Origin: an uncultured delta proteobacterium
GTDB lineage: Bacteria > Myxococcota_A > UBA9160 > JAFDET01
Reading direction: 5' to 3'
Assembly: GCA_947259215.1 (NCBI GenBank)
Contig: CAMYLJ010000017.1
Location: 67,878-131,877 of the forward strand
Length of the DNA stretch: 64,000 bases
Shown here: positions 36,539-45,564 of the stretch, in pieces
How positions within the stretch are numbered: the first letter of the stretch is position 1
How the letters are laid out: each line of letters opens with the position of its first letter
The notes under the pieces: model-generated
Databases searched by the model: none
What the model was told of the DNA's origin: nothing
What the model saw: the letters and a program-made list of their open reading frames with translations, nothing else
Program-made: the position numbers and the translations under genes

Positions 36539-37414
36539 ATGCAGGAGTTTCGAGGTCGGGTGGCGGTCGTGACCGGAGGCGCCAGCGGGGTCGGTCGGGC
36601 GCTGGCGAAGGCGTTCCTCGGCGAAGGCATGAAGGTGGTCATCGCCGACGTGGAAGAGTCCGCCCTGAAGGCGACCTGCGAAGATCTCGGCGGCGAGGTG
36701 ACGGGTGTCGTCACCGACGTTTCCGACCCGGGCTCGGTGCGCGCGCTCGCCGACCGCGTCTTCGACGCCCACGGCGCCTGCCACATCCTGTGCAACAACG
36801 CCGGTGTGGCCGCTCCCAACCTCGACCTGTGGGAGACCGAGCCCTCCGATTTCCAGTGGGTGCACGGCGTCAACGTCGGCGGCGTCGCCCATGGCGTCCA
36901 GGCCTTCGTTCCGCGCATGATCGCGTCCGGCGAAGAGGGCCTGGTGCTGAACACCTCCTCGGGCGACGGGGGGGTCTCGCCGCTGGCCCAGCAGGTCGTC
37001 TACGCGTCCAGCAAGGCGGCGATCTCGATCATGACCGAGTGCCTGGACGCGCAGCTCGTGGGCCGTGGCACCCGGCTGCGCGCCGCGATCTTCTACCCCT
37101 CGGGCGGAATGCTCCATACGGGAATCTGGACGACGAAGCGGAACCGCCCCCAGGAGCTGGCGCGCAAGAACCCGGTGGGCGCGAACCAGGAGACGACCTT
37201 CGAGGCCTTCATGGAAGGCGCCAAGAAGGCCGGGTTCGAGCTCCCGGTGCAGGATCTCGACGCCCTGGCGCAGTTCGCGCTCCAGGGCATCCGCAACGGA
37301 GACTTCGTCATCATGATCGGTCGCGAGACCATCGAGGCCACCTTGAACGAGCGGGCCGCCAAGCTCGCGCGCGGCGAGTGCCCGATCCAGCTCCAGAACC
37401 TCGGGCTCAACTGA
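36539..37414 (+). CDS. SDR-family oxidoreductase
   Basis: ATG after GAAAGGAAG. TGGASGVG, NNAG and YASSK. A TAGGGT box lies at 36501-36506. Confidence 0.85.
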   Translation: MQEFRGRVAVVTGGASGVGRALAKAFLGEGMKVVIADVEESALKATCEDLGGEVTGVVTDVSDPGSVRALADRVFDAHGACHILCNNAGVAAPNLDLWETEPSDFQWVHGVNVGGVAHGVQAFVPRMIASGEEGLVLNTSSGDGGVSPLAQQVVYASSKAAISIMTECLDAQLVGRGTRLRAAIFYPSGGMLHTGIWTTKRNRPQELARKNPVGANQETTFEAFMEGAKKAGFELPVQDLDALAQFALQGIRNGDFVIMIGRETIEATLNERAAKLARGECPIQLQNLGLN

Positions 37415-37431
37415 GTCACCGGAGAGAAGCG

Positions 37432-38262
37432 ATGTCCCATCCCGTGCTCGCCCCCGGCCGCGTGGCCGTCGTGACCGGAGGCGCCAGTGGAATCGGCCTC
37501 GCGGTCTGCAAGCGCTTCGCGGAGCGGGGCATGCGGGTGTGCCTGGCCGACGTGGACGGCGAGACTCTCGCCAAGGCCCGGGATGCCGTGGCCGAGCTCG
37601 CCGCGGGCGGGCCGAAGGACGTGCTCGCCTGCGAGGTCGACGTCAGCCAGCGGGCCGACGTGGAGCGGCTCCACGCCGAGGTCACCGGTGCGTTCGGCGA
37701 GGTGGGCCTGCTCATGAACAACGCGGCGGCCTTCCGTTTCGGGGGCGCCTTCCGGGGCCTCGAGGAATGGGAGACCACGTTCGCCGTGAACCTGATGGGC
37801 GTCGTACACGGATTGCAGGTCTTCGTTCCGAGCATGGTCGAGCAGGGGACGCCGTGCGTCGTGATCAACACCGGCTCGAAGCAGGGCATCACGAACCCGC
37901 CGGGCATGGCCAACTACAACGCGGCCAAGGCGGCCGTGAAGAGCCTCAGCGAGAGCCTCCAGCACGAGCTCCGCAACCTGGAGGGCTGCCGGGTCAGCGC
38001 CCATCTCCTGATACCGGGCTGGACCACGACCGGGACCCGCGAGCACCAGCCGGGCGCCTGGCTTCCGGAGCAGGTCGCCGACTTCATGCTCGCCGCCGTC
38101 GAGCGGGGGGACTTCTACATCCTGTGTCCGGACAACGAGGTGACTCCGGAGATGGATCGCAAGCGCATCCTCTGGGGCGCCATGGACATCACCGAGAACC
38201 GGCCCCCGCTCTCGCGCTGGCATCCGGACTACGCGAAGCAGTTCGAGGCCTTCGAGCCGTGA
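37432..38262 (+). CDS. SDR-family oxidoreductase
   Basis: TGGASGIG, NNAA and YNAAK. ATG after GGAGAG. Confidence 0.85.
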   Translation: MSHPVLAPGRVAVVTGGASGIGLAVCKRFAERGMRVCLADVDGETLAKARDAVAELAAGGPKDVLACEVDVSQRADVERLHAEVTGAFGEVGLLMNNAAAFRFGGAFRGLEEWETTFAVNLMGVVHGLQVFVPSMVEQGTPCVVINTGSKQGITNPPGMANYNAAKAAVKSLSESLQHELRNLEGCRVSAHLLIPGWTTTGTREHQPGAWLPEQVADFMLAAVERGDFYILCPDNEVTPEMDRKRILWGAMDITENRPPLSRWHPDYAKQFEAFEP

Positions 38263-38271
38263 GGAGCGCCC

Positions 38272-39441
38272 ATGGCAGCCGCCTCCCACCACCCCGCCGA
38301 GGATCTGATCGCGCGCGCGTGCGCCTTGGCGCCGCTGCTGGCCGAGCAGGCAGCGGAGGCGGAGCGCCTGCGGCGGCCGACCGACGGCGTGATCGAGGCG
38401 CTACGGGAGTCCGGGGTCTTCCGGCTCATGGTGCCCCGCAAGTACGGGGGTCTCGAGCTCGATCTCGACACGTTCCTGGAGGTGGGGCTCGCCCTGGGCG
38501 AGGGCGACGCGTCACTGGCGTGGGTCACCACCTTCTACATCGAGCACAACTGGATGCTGTGCCAGTTCCCCGAGGCATTTCAGGCCGAGCTGCTGGGGCG
38601 CCAGGGCTACACGCTGGCCCCGGCCGCCATCGCTCCCAACGGGGCAGCCGAGCCCGTCCACGGGGGACTTCGCTTGAACGGCCGCTGGCAGTGGGGCACG
38701 GGGATCATGCACGCCGACCAGGTGATCGTCGGCGCGCGCGTCGCCGAGGGAACCTCGGTCTCCGACTTCCGCTTCCTGGCGCTGCCTCGCGAAGAGGTGA
38801 AGGTCGAGGACACCTGGTTCATCGACGGCATGGCGGGAACGGGCAGCAACGACATCCTGATCGAGGACGTCGTGGTGCCGGACGAGCGCTGCGTCTCGAT
38901 GGCCGAGATGGCCGACGGTCGTGCCCACGGCGCCCGACTGCACGAGGGCCCGCTCTATCGCACGCCGATGCTCCCGATCTTGTGTCTTGCCGCGTCCATG
39001 CCTGCGGTCGGCCAGGCGCGGGCCGGCGTCCGGGCCTTCCGCGAACGCATGCAGGAGCGGATCCGCTACGGCTCGAAGGTCGCGCAGGCCGAGAAGCCCG
39101 CAGCCCAGATGCGGCTTGCGCGCGCGGACCTCGAGGCGGGGCAGGCGGAGGCGCTGCTCCGGGGTGCCGTCGAGGAGGTGATGACGCTGCGCGACGAAGC
39201 GACGATTGCCGACCGGGCGCGCTGGTCGGCGTCCTTTGCCCTGGCGGTGGACCAGAGCAAGCGGGTACTCCAGTCCTTGTCCGAGGCGAGCGGGGCCAGC
39301 GCCCACTTCCTGGACCATCCGTTGCAGCGCGCCGTGCGGGACGTGAACACGATCTCGTGTCACGTGGTCTTCGACCTCGATCAGCGTCTCGAGATGTACG
39401 GCCGCGCACTGCTGGGCCGCGAGCCGGGCGGGCTGGTCTAG
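38272..39441 (+). CDS. Acyl-CoA dehydrogenase-fold flavoenzyme (group D monooxygenase / ACAD type 2-like)
   Basis: N-terminal ERLRRPTDGVIEALRESGVFRLMVPRKYGG, then LNGRWQWGTG, typical of the ACAD-like oxygenase components I remember. Confidence 0.7.
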   Translation: MAAASHHPAEDLIARACALAPLLAEQAAEAERLRRPTDGVIEALRESGVFRLMVPRKYGGLELDLDTFLEVGLALGEGDASLAWVTTFYIEHNWMLCQFPEAFQAELLGRQGYTLAPAAIAPNGAAEPVHGGLRLNGRWQWGTGIMHADQVIVGARVAEGTSVSDFRFLALPREEVKVEDTWFIDGMAGTGSNDILIEDVVVPDERCVSMAEMADGRAHGARLHEGPLYRTPMLPILCLAASMPAVGQARAGVRAFRERMQERIRYGSKVAQAEKPAAQMRLARADLEAGQAEALLRGAVEEVMTLRDEATIADRARWSASFALAVDQSKRVLQSLSEASGASAHFLDHPLQRAVRDVNTISCHVVFDLDQRLEMYGRALLGREPGGLV

Positions 39442-39535
39442 GGGACCCGGCCAGCGAGGCAAGCCGAGCCGCGCCCCCCTGCTCTCGCGCGCGTCGGCTG
39501 CTAGCTTCCGGTGCGCCGGATTCGGGGGGGGAAGC

Positions 39536-41470
39536 TTGGTCTCGGGCTCGTTCGCGCACGCCGTCCGCGCCCGGCTGCCCCGCCGGCCGAGCCGCTTCCG
39601 CTGGCTCCAGCTGCGCCTCGAGCTTCGCCGCATCCGCCGGGCCATCGACGCCGAGGCCTGGGCGGTCGCGAAGCAGCGCCTGGATCGAGTGGCGGCCCGG
39701 ATCCCGGAGCGACTGCCGGTGCCGCTCCGAACCGCCATCGCGAAGAGTGCGCTGGACTTGAGCGAGCTGGAGACGGCCGAGCGGGTTGCCCACGAGTCCC
39801 TGAACCGCTTTCCCGGTCAAGCCCCGCTCTTTCGCCTGTTGGCAGGGATCGCCCGGGACAGCGGTCGTCTGCCGCGCGCCCTGGAGTACGCGCACGCCTT
39901 CCGCCGGACGGCACCCGAGCGGGTGTCGGCCTGGAACCTGGAGGGACGCGTCCTGATCCAGCTCGGACGCTTCGACGAGGCGGAGTCGCTCTACCGGAGC
40001 ATGGCGGAGCGCTGGCCCGACCGGCCCGACGCCTGGATCGGCCTGGCGAATATCTCTCGCAGGCGGGAGCGCTGGGACGAAGACCTCGAGCGCTGGAGCG
40101 CCGTCGCCCGGCGCTTTCCGGATCACCCGGAGGCGGCGCGGGCTTGCGTCAAGGCCTTCGGCGATGTGGGCCGGTCCGACCTGGCCGGGGAGTACCTCGC
40201 CCGCACCGCGCTGCCGCAGGAGACCGTGCGCGACTGCGAGCAGCGCCTCCGACAGGCGCTGGACGCCGCGCAGCCGGAGGATCGACTCCAGGTGCTGGAC
40301 CAGAACCGGCTGCGCTTCCCGCACCGTCACGACGTCGCGATCACGCTCTGCAAGAAGCTGGTCGCGGTGGGGCGGGATGGGGAGGCCGCCGAGAAGATCG
40401 CCGCGCTTCCAGCGCTGCTCGACGCCGACTGGAACGTGGCCCAGCTGAAGGCGTGGGTCGATACCCGGGCGGGTCGCCACGACGCGGCCAAGGAGCGGGT
40501 TCGCAAGGCGCTCGAACAAGGGTACCAGCCGTTCGCCCACGCACCGATCTACAGCCTGGATCGGATTCACTCGCCCGGGGACCGAGGCACGGCCCGGCTC
40601 CGGCTCTTCACGGTCATCCGGAACGAGCTGCCGCTGCTGCCCTGGTTCCTGCACTACTACCGCGGGCTCGGCGTGGAGCGATTCCACGTGGTGGACAACG
40701 ACTCCACCGATGGCTCGCGCGAGTACCTGCGCGCGCAGGACGACGTAGAGCTCCATTGGACGCCCGACAGCTACAGCGAGAGCGGGTACGGCGTGCGCTG
40801 GATCAATCACCTGATGGAGGAGCTCGGCGACGACTCGTGGTGCCTGTACGCCGACGCGGACGAGTACCTCGTGTATCCGGGGATGGACGCCGGCGGACTT
40901 CCGGTCCTGCTGGACTACCTGGAGCAAGGCGGCTTCGACGCGTTCCGCGCCTTCATGTTGGACATGGCTCCGGAGCGCCTGAACGGGAGCTCCGAGTACA
41001 CCCCCGGCACGGATCCGCTGGCCGCCTGCCCGCTGTTCGATCCCGACTACCGCATCCATCGCCATCACGTCTCCCCGTACGTCCGGATCCGGGGAGGGAT
41101 CCGCCAGCGCATGATGAACACGGCGGGCATCTACGGACCCGCCCAGGGCAAGACGCCGATCGTGCGCGCGGGCCGCGGCATCCAGTTCATCGCCAGCAGC
41201 CACTTCACCACGCCGTCCGTCGTGGCCGACGTGACCGGTGCCTGCCTCCACTTCAAGTTCCTGGGCGACTACTCCAGCCGGTACGAAGTGCAGACCAGGC
41301 GGAAGATGCACTGGGCCGCCGGGATCTTCTGTGCCGCCAGCGTGAAGGCACTGGCCCAGGCGGAGGAGGAGGGGATCGACTACCTCGACGCTGCCGTCCG
41401 CTACCGGGGAGTCGACCAGCTCGTCGAGCTGGGTCTGGTGCAGCCAGGGCGGTTCCCGCCGGGGACCTAG
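39536..41470 (+). CDS. TPR-repeat protein fused to a family-2-like glycosyltransferase domain
   Basis: The N-terminal half has TPR-like repeats. The C-terminal half has FTVIRNELPLLPWFLHYYRGLGVERFHVVDNDSTDGS ... CLYADADEYL (a DxD-like motif). TTG start lies directly after a G8 tract, so the start is uncertain. Confidence 0.65.
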   Translation: MVSGSFAHAVRARLPRRPSRFRWLQLRLELRRIRRAIDAEAWAVAKQRLDRVAARIPERLPVPLRTAIAKSALDLSELETAERVAHESLNRFPGQAPLFRLLAGIARDSGRLPRALEYAHAFRRTAPERVSAWNLEGRVLIQLGRFDEAESLYRSMAERWPDRPDAWIGLANISRRRERWDEDLERWSAVARRFPDHPEAARACVKAFGDVGRSDLAGEYLARTALPQETVRDCEQRLRQALDAAQPEDRLQVLDQNRLRFPHRHDVAITLCKKLVAVGRDGEAAEKIAALPALLDADWNVAQLKAWVDTRAGRHDAAKERVRKALEQGYQPFAHAPIYSLDRIHSPGDRGTARLRLFTVIRNELPLLPWFLHYYRGLGVERFHVVDNDSTDGSREYLRAQDDVELHWTPDSYSESGYGVRWINHLMEELGDDSWCLYADADEYLVYPGMDAGGLPVLLDYLEQGGFDAFRAFMLDMAPERLNGSSEYTPGTDPLAACPLFDPDYRIHRHHVSPYVRIRGGIRQRMMNTAGIYGPAQGKTPIVRAGRGIQFIASSHFTTPSVVADVTGACLHFKFLGDYSSRYEVQTRRKMHWAAGIFCAASVKALAQAEEEGIDYLDAAVRYRGVDQLVELGLVQPGRFPPGT

Positions 41471-41486
41471 TGCGACCGGACCCCGG

Positions 41487-41870
41487 TCAGGCTTCGACCG
41501 GGCGACCCTGCTTCAGCCAGGCGTCGAACCCCCCGGCCATGGAGTACACGTTGGCAAAGCCGAGCTCCTGGAGCGTGGCGGCGGCGAGCGCGCTGCGCAC
41601 GCCGCTGCCGCAGTAGGCCAGGATCGGCCGCCGGCGGTCCGCCAGCGCGTCGGCCAGCGCGGGAGAGTCGGCGGCGGCCCGCGGCTCGAGCAGTCCGCGC
41701 GGAATCAGCAACGCCCCCGGGATGTGGCCCTCGGCGAACTCGGTCGGCTCGCGCACGTCGAGGATCAGCGTGTCGGGGCCGGCCTCGATCTCCTCGGCCG
41801 CGACCTGGGGGCTGATCTCGCGGATCCGAGCCCGCGCCTCGTTCAGCAGCTCCTTCATGCCCTTGGCCAT
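41487..41870 (-). CDS. Rhodanese-domain sulfurtransferase
   Basis: LILDVREPTEFAEGHIPGA and the active-site loop AYCGSGVRS. Confidence 0.85.
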   Translation of the reverse strand: MAKGMKELLNEARARIREISPQVAAEEIEAGPDTLILDVREPTEFAEGHIPGALLIPRGLLEPRAAADSPALADALADRRRPILAYCGSGVRSALAAATLQELGFANVYSMAGGFDAWLKQGRPVEA

Positions 41871-41887
41871 GGGTCGTCTCCTCGTGG

Positions 41888-42238
41888 CTAGATACCGGAC
41901 CCCTGGAACTCGTCCAGGTCTTCGGCCAGCTGGTCGGCCAGGCCGGCGCACACCGCCTCGCAGACGTCCACCAGGGTGGGATCGGCGATGCGGAAGAGCG
42001 CACGGTTGCCCTCGCTGCGGCGCTCGACGATGCCCTGCTGTCGCAGGATGCCCAGGTGGCGCGAGAGGTTGGTCTGCGTCAGCCCGGTCTCCTGCAACAG
42101 CTCCTGGACTGCCTGCTCCCCATTCATGAGGCGATTCACGATCTTGAGGCGGGACGGGTCGCCCAGCGCCCGGAAGCGGGCGGCGACCAGCACGAGGGGC
42201 CCATCCGGCAGGGTCGGGTGGCGCTTGCGGCGCGGCAT
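41888..42238 (-). CDS. ArsR/SmtB-family transcriptional regulator
   Basis: FRALGDPSRLKIVNRL and LTQTNLSRHLGILRQQGIV (wHTH). Confidence 0.9.
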   Translation of the reverse strand: MPRRKRHPTLPDGPLVLVAARFRALGDPSRLKIVNRLMNGEQAVQELLQETGLTQTNLSRHLGILRQQGIVERRSEGNRALFRIADPTLVDVCEAVCAGLADQLAEDLDEFQGSGI

Positions 42239-42246
42239 GGGGACGC

Positions 42247-42252
42247 AGCCTA
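42247..42252 (-). promoter_or_regulatory. -10 element TAGGCT, 8 nt upstream of arsR-family ATG 42238 (leaderless candidate)
   Basis: The minus strand reads caataGGCT context: aTAGGCTgcgtccccATG. Confidence 0.4.
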
Positions 42253-42277
42253 TTGACTGTTTTCTTGTCTGTCAATA
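42251..42277. promoter_or_regulatory. Inverted repeat TATTGACtG-N9-CaGTCAATA, a candidate ArsR-family operator
   Basis: 8 of 9 positions match between the arms. It lies in the only AT-rich patch of the region and overlaps both divergent -10 candidates (TAGGCT on the minus strand, TATGAT 42276-42281 on the plus strand). Confidence 0.5.
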
Positions 42278-42348
42278 TGATCATTTCCGAAATCATTCAT
42301 GAGCCCGCGGGGCCGGATGCCCGCCCCTCTCGGACCGGAGCCCTGGCG

Positions 42349-42948
42349 ATGCTCCTGAATCGCGTCGAGACCGCTCTCATGAACAACCCGCTGCGCGCCG
42401 CGATCCAGCGCCACTTCGAGGCGCCGCGGCTCCTGCGCATGGGCGGTCGCCTGGACGGGGGCGCTGCCCTCGAGATCGGCTGCGGGCGGGGGGTGGGGGC
42501 CGAGCTGGTGCTCGAGCGGTTCGGGGCCGACACGGTCGACGCCTTCGACCTGGATCCGCGGATGGTCGCGCAGGCGCGCCAGCGCCTGGCGGCCCGCGCG
42601 CCGCGAGCCCGTTTCTGGGTCGGCGACGCCACGTCCATCGCCGCTCCGGACGAGCACTACGACGCGGTGTTCGACTTCGGCATCGTGCACCACATCCCGC
42701 ACTGGAGAAGTGCGCTCCGGGAGGTACGGAGGGTGCTGAAGCCCGGCGGGCGCTTCTACGCCGAGGAGGTGCTGGCGGCTTTCATCCGGCATCCGCTGAC
42801 CCGGCGGCTGCTGGAGCATCCCCTGGAGGACCGCTTCGACCGCCCGGCGTTCCGCGACGCGCTCGCGCAGGCAGGGCTCGAGCCGCTGGACGACGCCGAG
42901 CTGTGGGGCGGCTTCGCGTGGTTCGTGGCGGAGCGTCCGGAGGCCTGA
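42349..42948 (+). CDS. Class I SAM-dependent methyltransferase
   Basis: Motif I LEIGCGRGVG, DAVFDFGIVHHI and LKPGGRF. ATG 42349 has GGAG 8 nt upstream. ATG 42277 is in frame, but its first codons are AT-rich and atypical for this genome. Confidence 0.8.
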   Translation: MLLNRVETALMNNPLRAAIQRHFEAPRLLRMGGRLDGGAALEIGCGRGVGAELVLERFGADTVDAFDLDPRMVAQARQRLAARAPRARFWVGDATSIAAPDEHYDAVFDFGIVHHIPHWRSALREVRRVLKPGGRFYAEEVLAAFIRHPLTRRLLEHPLEDRFDRPAFRDALAQAGLEPLDDAELWGGFAWFVAERPEA

Positions 42949-43002
42949 CCGAAGACGGGTGCGCGATCCGGGTTGCTAGGCTCCTGCGCCGAGGTCGCTC
43001 GC

Positions 43003-43821
43003 TTGAGCTTCGCCGCCGACACCGCCATCACCCGGGACGACGAGGGGCGCTACCGCGCCGTCATCGCCTCGGGCTGGGACATCGGCGGCAACGCCAACGG
43101 CGGCTACCTGCTCGCCCTGGTGGCGCGGGCGCTGGCCGACGCCAGCGGCCGGCCCGATCCGGTGAGCGTGACGGGGCACTTCCTCGCGCCGGGCAAGCCC
43201 GGCGCGGTCTCGATCGAGAGCGAGGTGGCGCGCGTGGGACGGCGCTTCGCGACCGCCAGCGGGGTGCTGCGCGACGCCTCGGGCAAGCCACTGCTCCAGG
43301 TGCTCGGCAGCTTCGGCCAGCTCGGAGCCAGCGACGCGCCGGAGCGGGTGGACGCGGCGCCGCCGGAGCTCCCGCCGCCGGACGCCTGCGTCGGCATGAC
43401 CGGCGGCGAGATGACGTCGTCCTTCCGGCAGCGGGTCGACCTCCGGCTCCACCCGGAGGACGCCGGCTTCGCCCAGGGCACGCCGAGCGGCGAGCCGCGG
43501 GTGCGCGGCTGGTTTGGGCTCCCGGACGACGAGCCGGTGGACACGCTCGCGCTGCTCCTCGGCACCGATTCCTTCCCGCCCACGGTCTTCAACGTGAAGC
43601 TCCCCATCGGCTGGGTCCCGACGCTCGAGCTGACCACCCACGTGCGCGCGCGTCCCGCACCGGGCTGGCTGCGCTGCGTCTTCACCACCCGCTTCGTCAC
43701 GGGCGGCTTCCTGGAAGAGGACGGCGAGCTGTGGGACGAGACCGGCCGTCTGGTGGCCCAGTCGCGTCAGCTCGCCCTGGTGCCGCGCCCGGCCCAGCCG
43801 CTGAGCGAGTCGTCCTCCTAG
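43003..43821 (+). CDS. Acyl-CoA thioesterase (double hot-dog, TesB-like family)
   Basis: GGNANGGYLLALVARA and the overall pattern. The start is TTG 43003 (GAGG 8 nt upstream) or TTG 42973. A TAGGCT box lies at 42977-42982. Confidence 0.7.
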   Translation: MSFAADTAITRDDEGRYRAVIASGWDIGGNANGGYLLALVARALADASGRPDPVSVTGHFLAPGKPGAVSIESEVARVGRRFATASGVLRDASGKPLLQVLGSFGQLGASDAPERVDAAPPELPPPDACVGMTGGEMTSSFRQRVDLRLHPEDAGFAQGTPSGEPRVRGWFGLPDDEPVDTLALLLGTDSFPPTVFNVKLPIGWVPTLELTTHVRARPAPGWLRCVFTTRFVTGGFLEEDGELWDETGRLVAQSRQLALVPRPAQPLSESSS

Positions 43822-45548
43822 CTGGGGACCGCCGCATCGATCATCCGCTCGCAGCGCTCGATGATCTCCGAGGAGCCGGCGAGGATGCGCTCGGCGCGGC
43901 CCTCCAGGTCGATCATGCGGCGGTCGACCCAGGAGACCGCCACGTCGATGCGGCTCGGATCCGCGTCCGCCTGCCGCAGCAGCTCCGACGACGCGACCAC
44001 GCTGATCACGTTCTCGGCGAGGGATTGGGCCGAGAGCAGCGCGTACCCGATGTCCGAGGCCAGCGCCTCTCCGGCGGAGAGCGCCTGCTGGATGCCGCGC
44101 CGCACGCGGTCGGCGGGCTCCTGGAGCTCGGGGCGTTTCAGGTCTTCGAGCTCGCGCGCCACTTCGTCGAACACCACGTCCAGGGCGCCCTTGCCCACTT
44201 CCTTCAAGGCGAACGAGACCTGGATCTCCGAGGTGCCCTCGTAGATGGTGGTGATGATGCCGTCGTTGTGCAGCTTCCCGGGCTCGGACTCCGCCATGAA
44301 GCCGAGCCCTCCGTGCACCTGGATTGCCGCCCGGGTGATGGCGTCGCAGCTCTCGGTGGCCAGGTACTTGGCCAGTGGGGTCAGGAGCCGGATCCGCACC
44401 TCGTTGTGCTCGCGGACGGCCTCCCACTCTGCGCGCTCGCCCTCCGGGACGCCGCCCCGCGCCAGCATGGCGTCGATGGAGCGGTTCCGATCGACGAGGA
44501 TGCAGGCCCGGTAGAGGAGTGCTCGGCTGCCCTCGAGTTCGGTGACCATCCGGGCCAGGACGTTCTTCATCAGCGGCTGCTGCGCGATCGGCACGCCGAA
44601 CTGCTCGCGCTGGCGCGCGTAGCGGACGGCGCAGTCGAGGGCGGCCTCCGCGATTCCGACGCCCTGGGCGGCGACGCCGAGCCGGGCGTTGTTCATGAGG
44701 GTCAGCATCGCGCGGAAGCCCTTGCCCTTCTCGCCGATCCGCCAGGCCTCGGCCTCGCGGAACCCGACCGCCGCCGTGGGCGAGCCGTGGATCCCGAGCT
44801 TCTCCTCCAGACGCAGTACCTCGACCCCGTTGCGCGAGCCGTCGGGCCGGGTGCGCGGGCAGATGTAGAGCGAGAGGCCGTTCGTCGTGCCCAGGCTCGC
44901 GTCGTAGCTGTCGTCGTCGCGCGCGAGCACCAGGTGGACTTCGCTTCCGCCGTTCGTGATGTAGATCTTCTCGCCGTCCAGCAGGATGCGCCCGTCCTTC
45001 TCCGTCGCCCGGGTGCGGATCGCGCCCAGGTCCGAGCCCGCCTGGGGCTCGGTCAGGTCCATCGCGCCCATCAGCTCGCCGCTCGCCAGCCCGGGCAGAT
45101 AGCGACGCTTCAGCTCCTCGGAGGCGTACATCTGGATGTCGTCGGCCACGCCCGCCTGGAGGCCGATGATGGTCATCAGGCCCGCGTCCGCGCGCGCGAT
45201 CATCTGGAGGATCACGTTCGTCACCCAGGCCGGGAGTCCGTAGCCGCCGTAGGCCTCCTCCACGCCGAAGCTCACGAGGCCCGCCTCGGCCAGGGTCTCG
45301 TAGGCCTTCTGGATGGCCGGCGGGTAGACGACCTTCCCCTTCTCCAGGCGGGCGGCCTCGTGCCAGCCGGCCCGGAGCTCCGGCTCGAGCTCCGTGCAGA
45401 TCTGGGCGGCGGTCTCGAGAACGGTCGCCAGCGTCTCGCGCTCGGCGACCACGTCCGCGCCGGGTCCCGTCCGGAGCGTGTAGAACTCCTCCCAGGGGAT
45501 CAGCTGGTTCAGGTAGAGATCCACGATGGGAGAGCGATAGGGAATCAT
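43818..45548 (-). CDS. Acyl-CoA dehydrogenase (long form, 576 aa)
   Basis: MDLTEPQAGSDL, KIYITNGG, IYEGTSEIQ and QVHGGLGF. Confidence 0.9.
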   Translation of the reverse strand: MIPYRSPIVDLYLNQLIPWEEFYTLRTGPGADVVAERETLATVLETAAQICTELEPELRAGWHEAARLEKGKVVYPPAIQKAYETLAEAGLVSFGVEEAYGGYGLPAWVTNVILQMIARADAGLMTIIGLQAGVADDIQMYASEELKRRYLPGLASGELMGAMDLTEPQAGSDLGAIRTRATEKDGRILLDGEKIYITNGGSEVHLVLARDDDSYDASLGTTNGLSLYICPRTRPDGSRNGVEVLRLEEKLGIHGSPTAAVGFREAEAWRIGEKGKGFRAMLTLMNNARLGVAAQGVGIAEAALDCAVRYARQREQFGVPIAQQPLMKNVLARMVTELEGSRALLYRACILVDRNRSIDAMLARGGVPEGERAEWEAVREHNEVRIRLLTPLAKYLATESCDAITRAAIQVHGGLGFMAESEPGKLHNDGIITTIYEGTSEIQVSFALKEVGKGALDVVFDEVARELEDLKRPELQEPADRVRRGIQQALSAGEALASDIGYALLSAQSLAENVISVVASSELLRQADADPSRIDVAVSWVDRRMIDLEGRAERILAGSSEIIERCERMIDAAVPS

Positions 45549-45564
45549 GGGGCCTCGCGTGCGT

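Noticed and set aside
39511-39513. GTG 39511 as the start of the TPR-glycosyltransferase gene.
   Set aside because: It is out of frame with the domain-bearing ORF at the present G8 tract length. It also lies only 3 nt after the TAGCTT -10 candidate, so it is probably upstream of the TSS.
42277-42348. ATG 42277 (MIISEIIHEP...) as the methyltransferase start.
   Set aside because: The first eight codons are AT3-rich, unlike every other gene here. They also coincide with the operator/-10 region. ATG 42349 with GGAG 8 nt upstream gives a normal N-terminal length before motif I. ATG 42277 is kept as an alternative.
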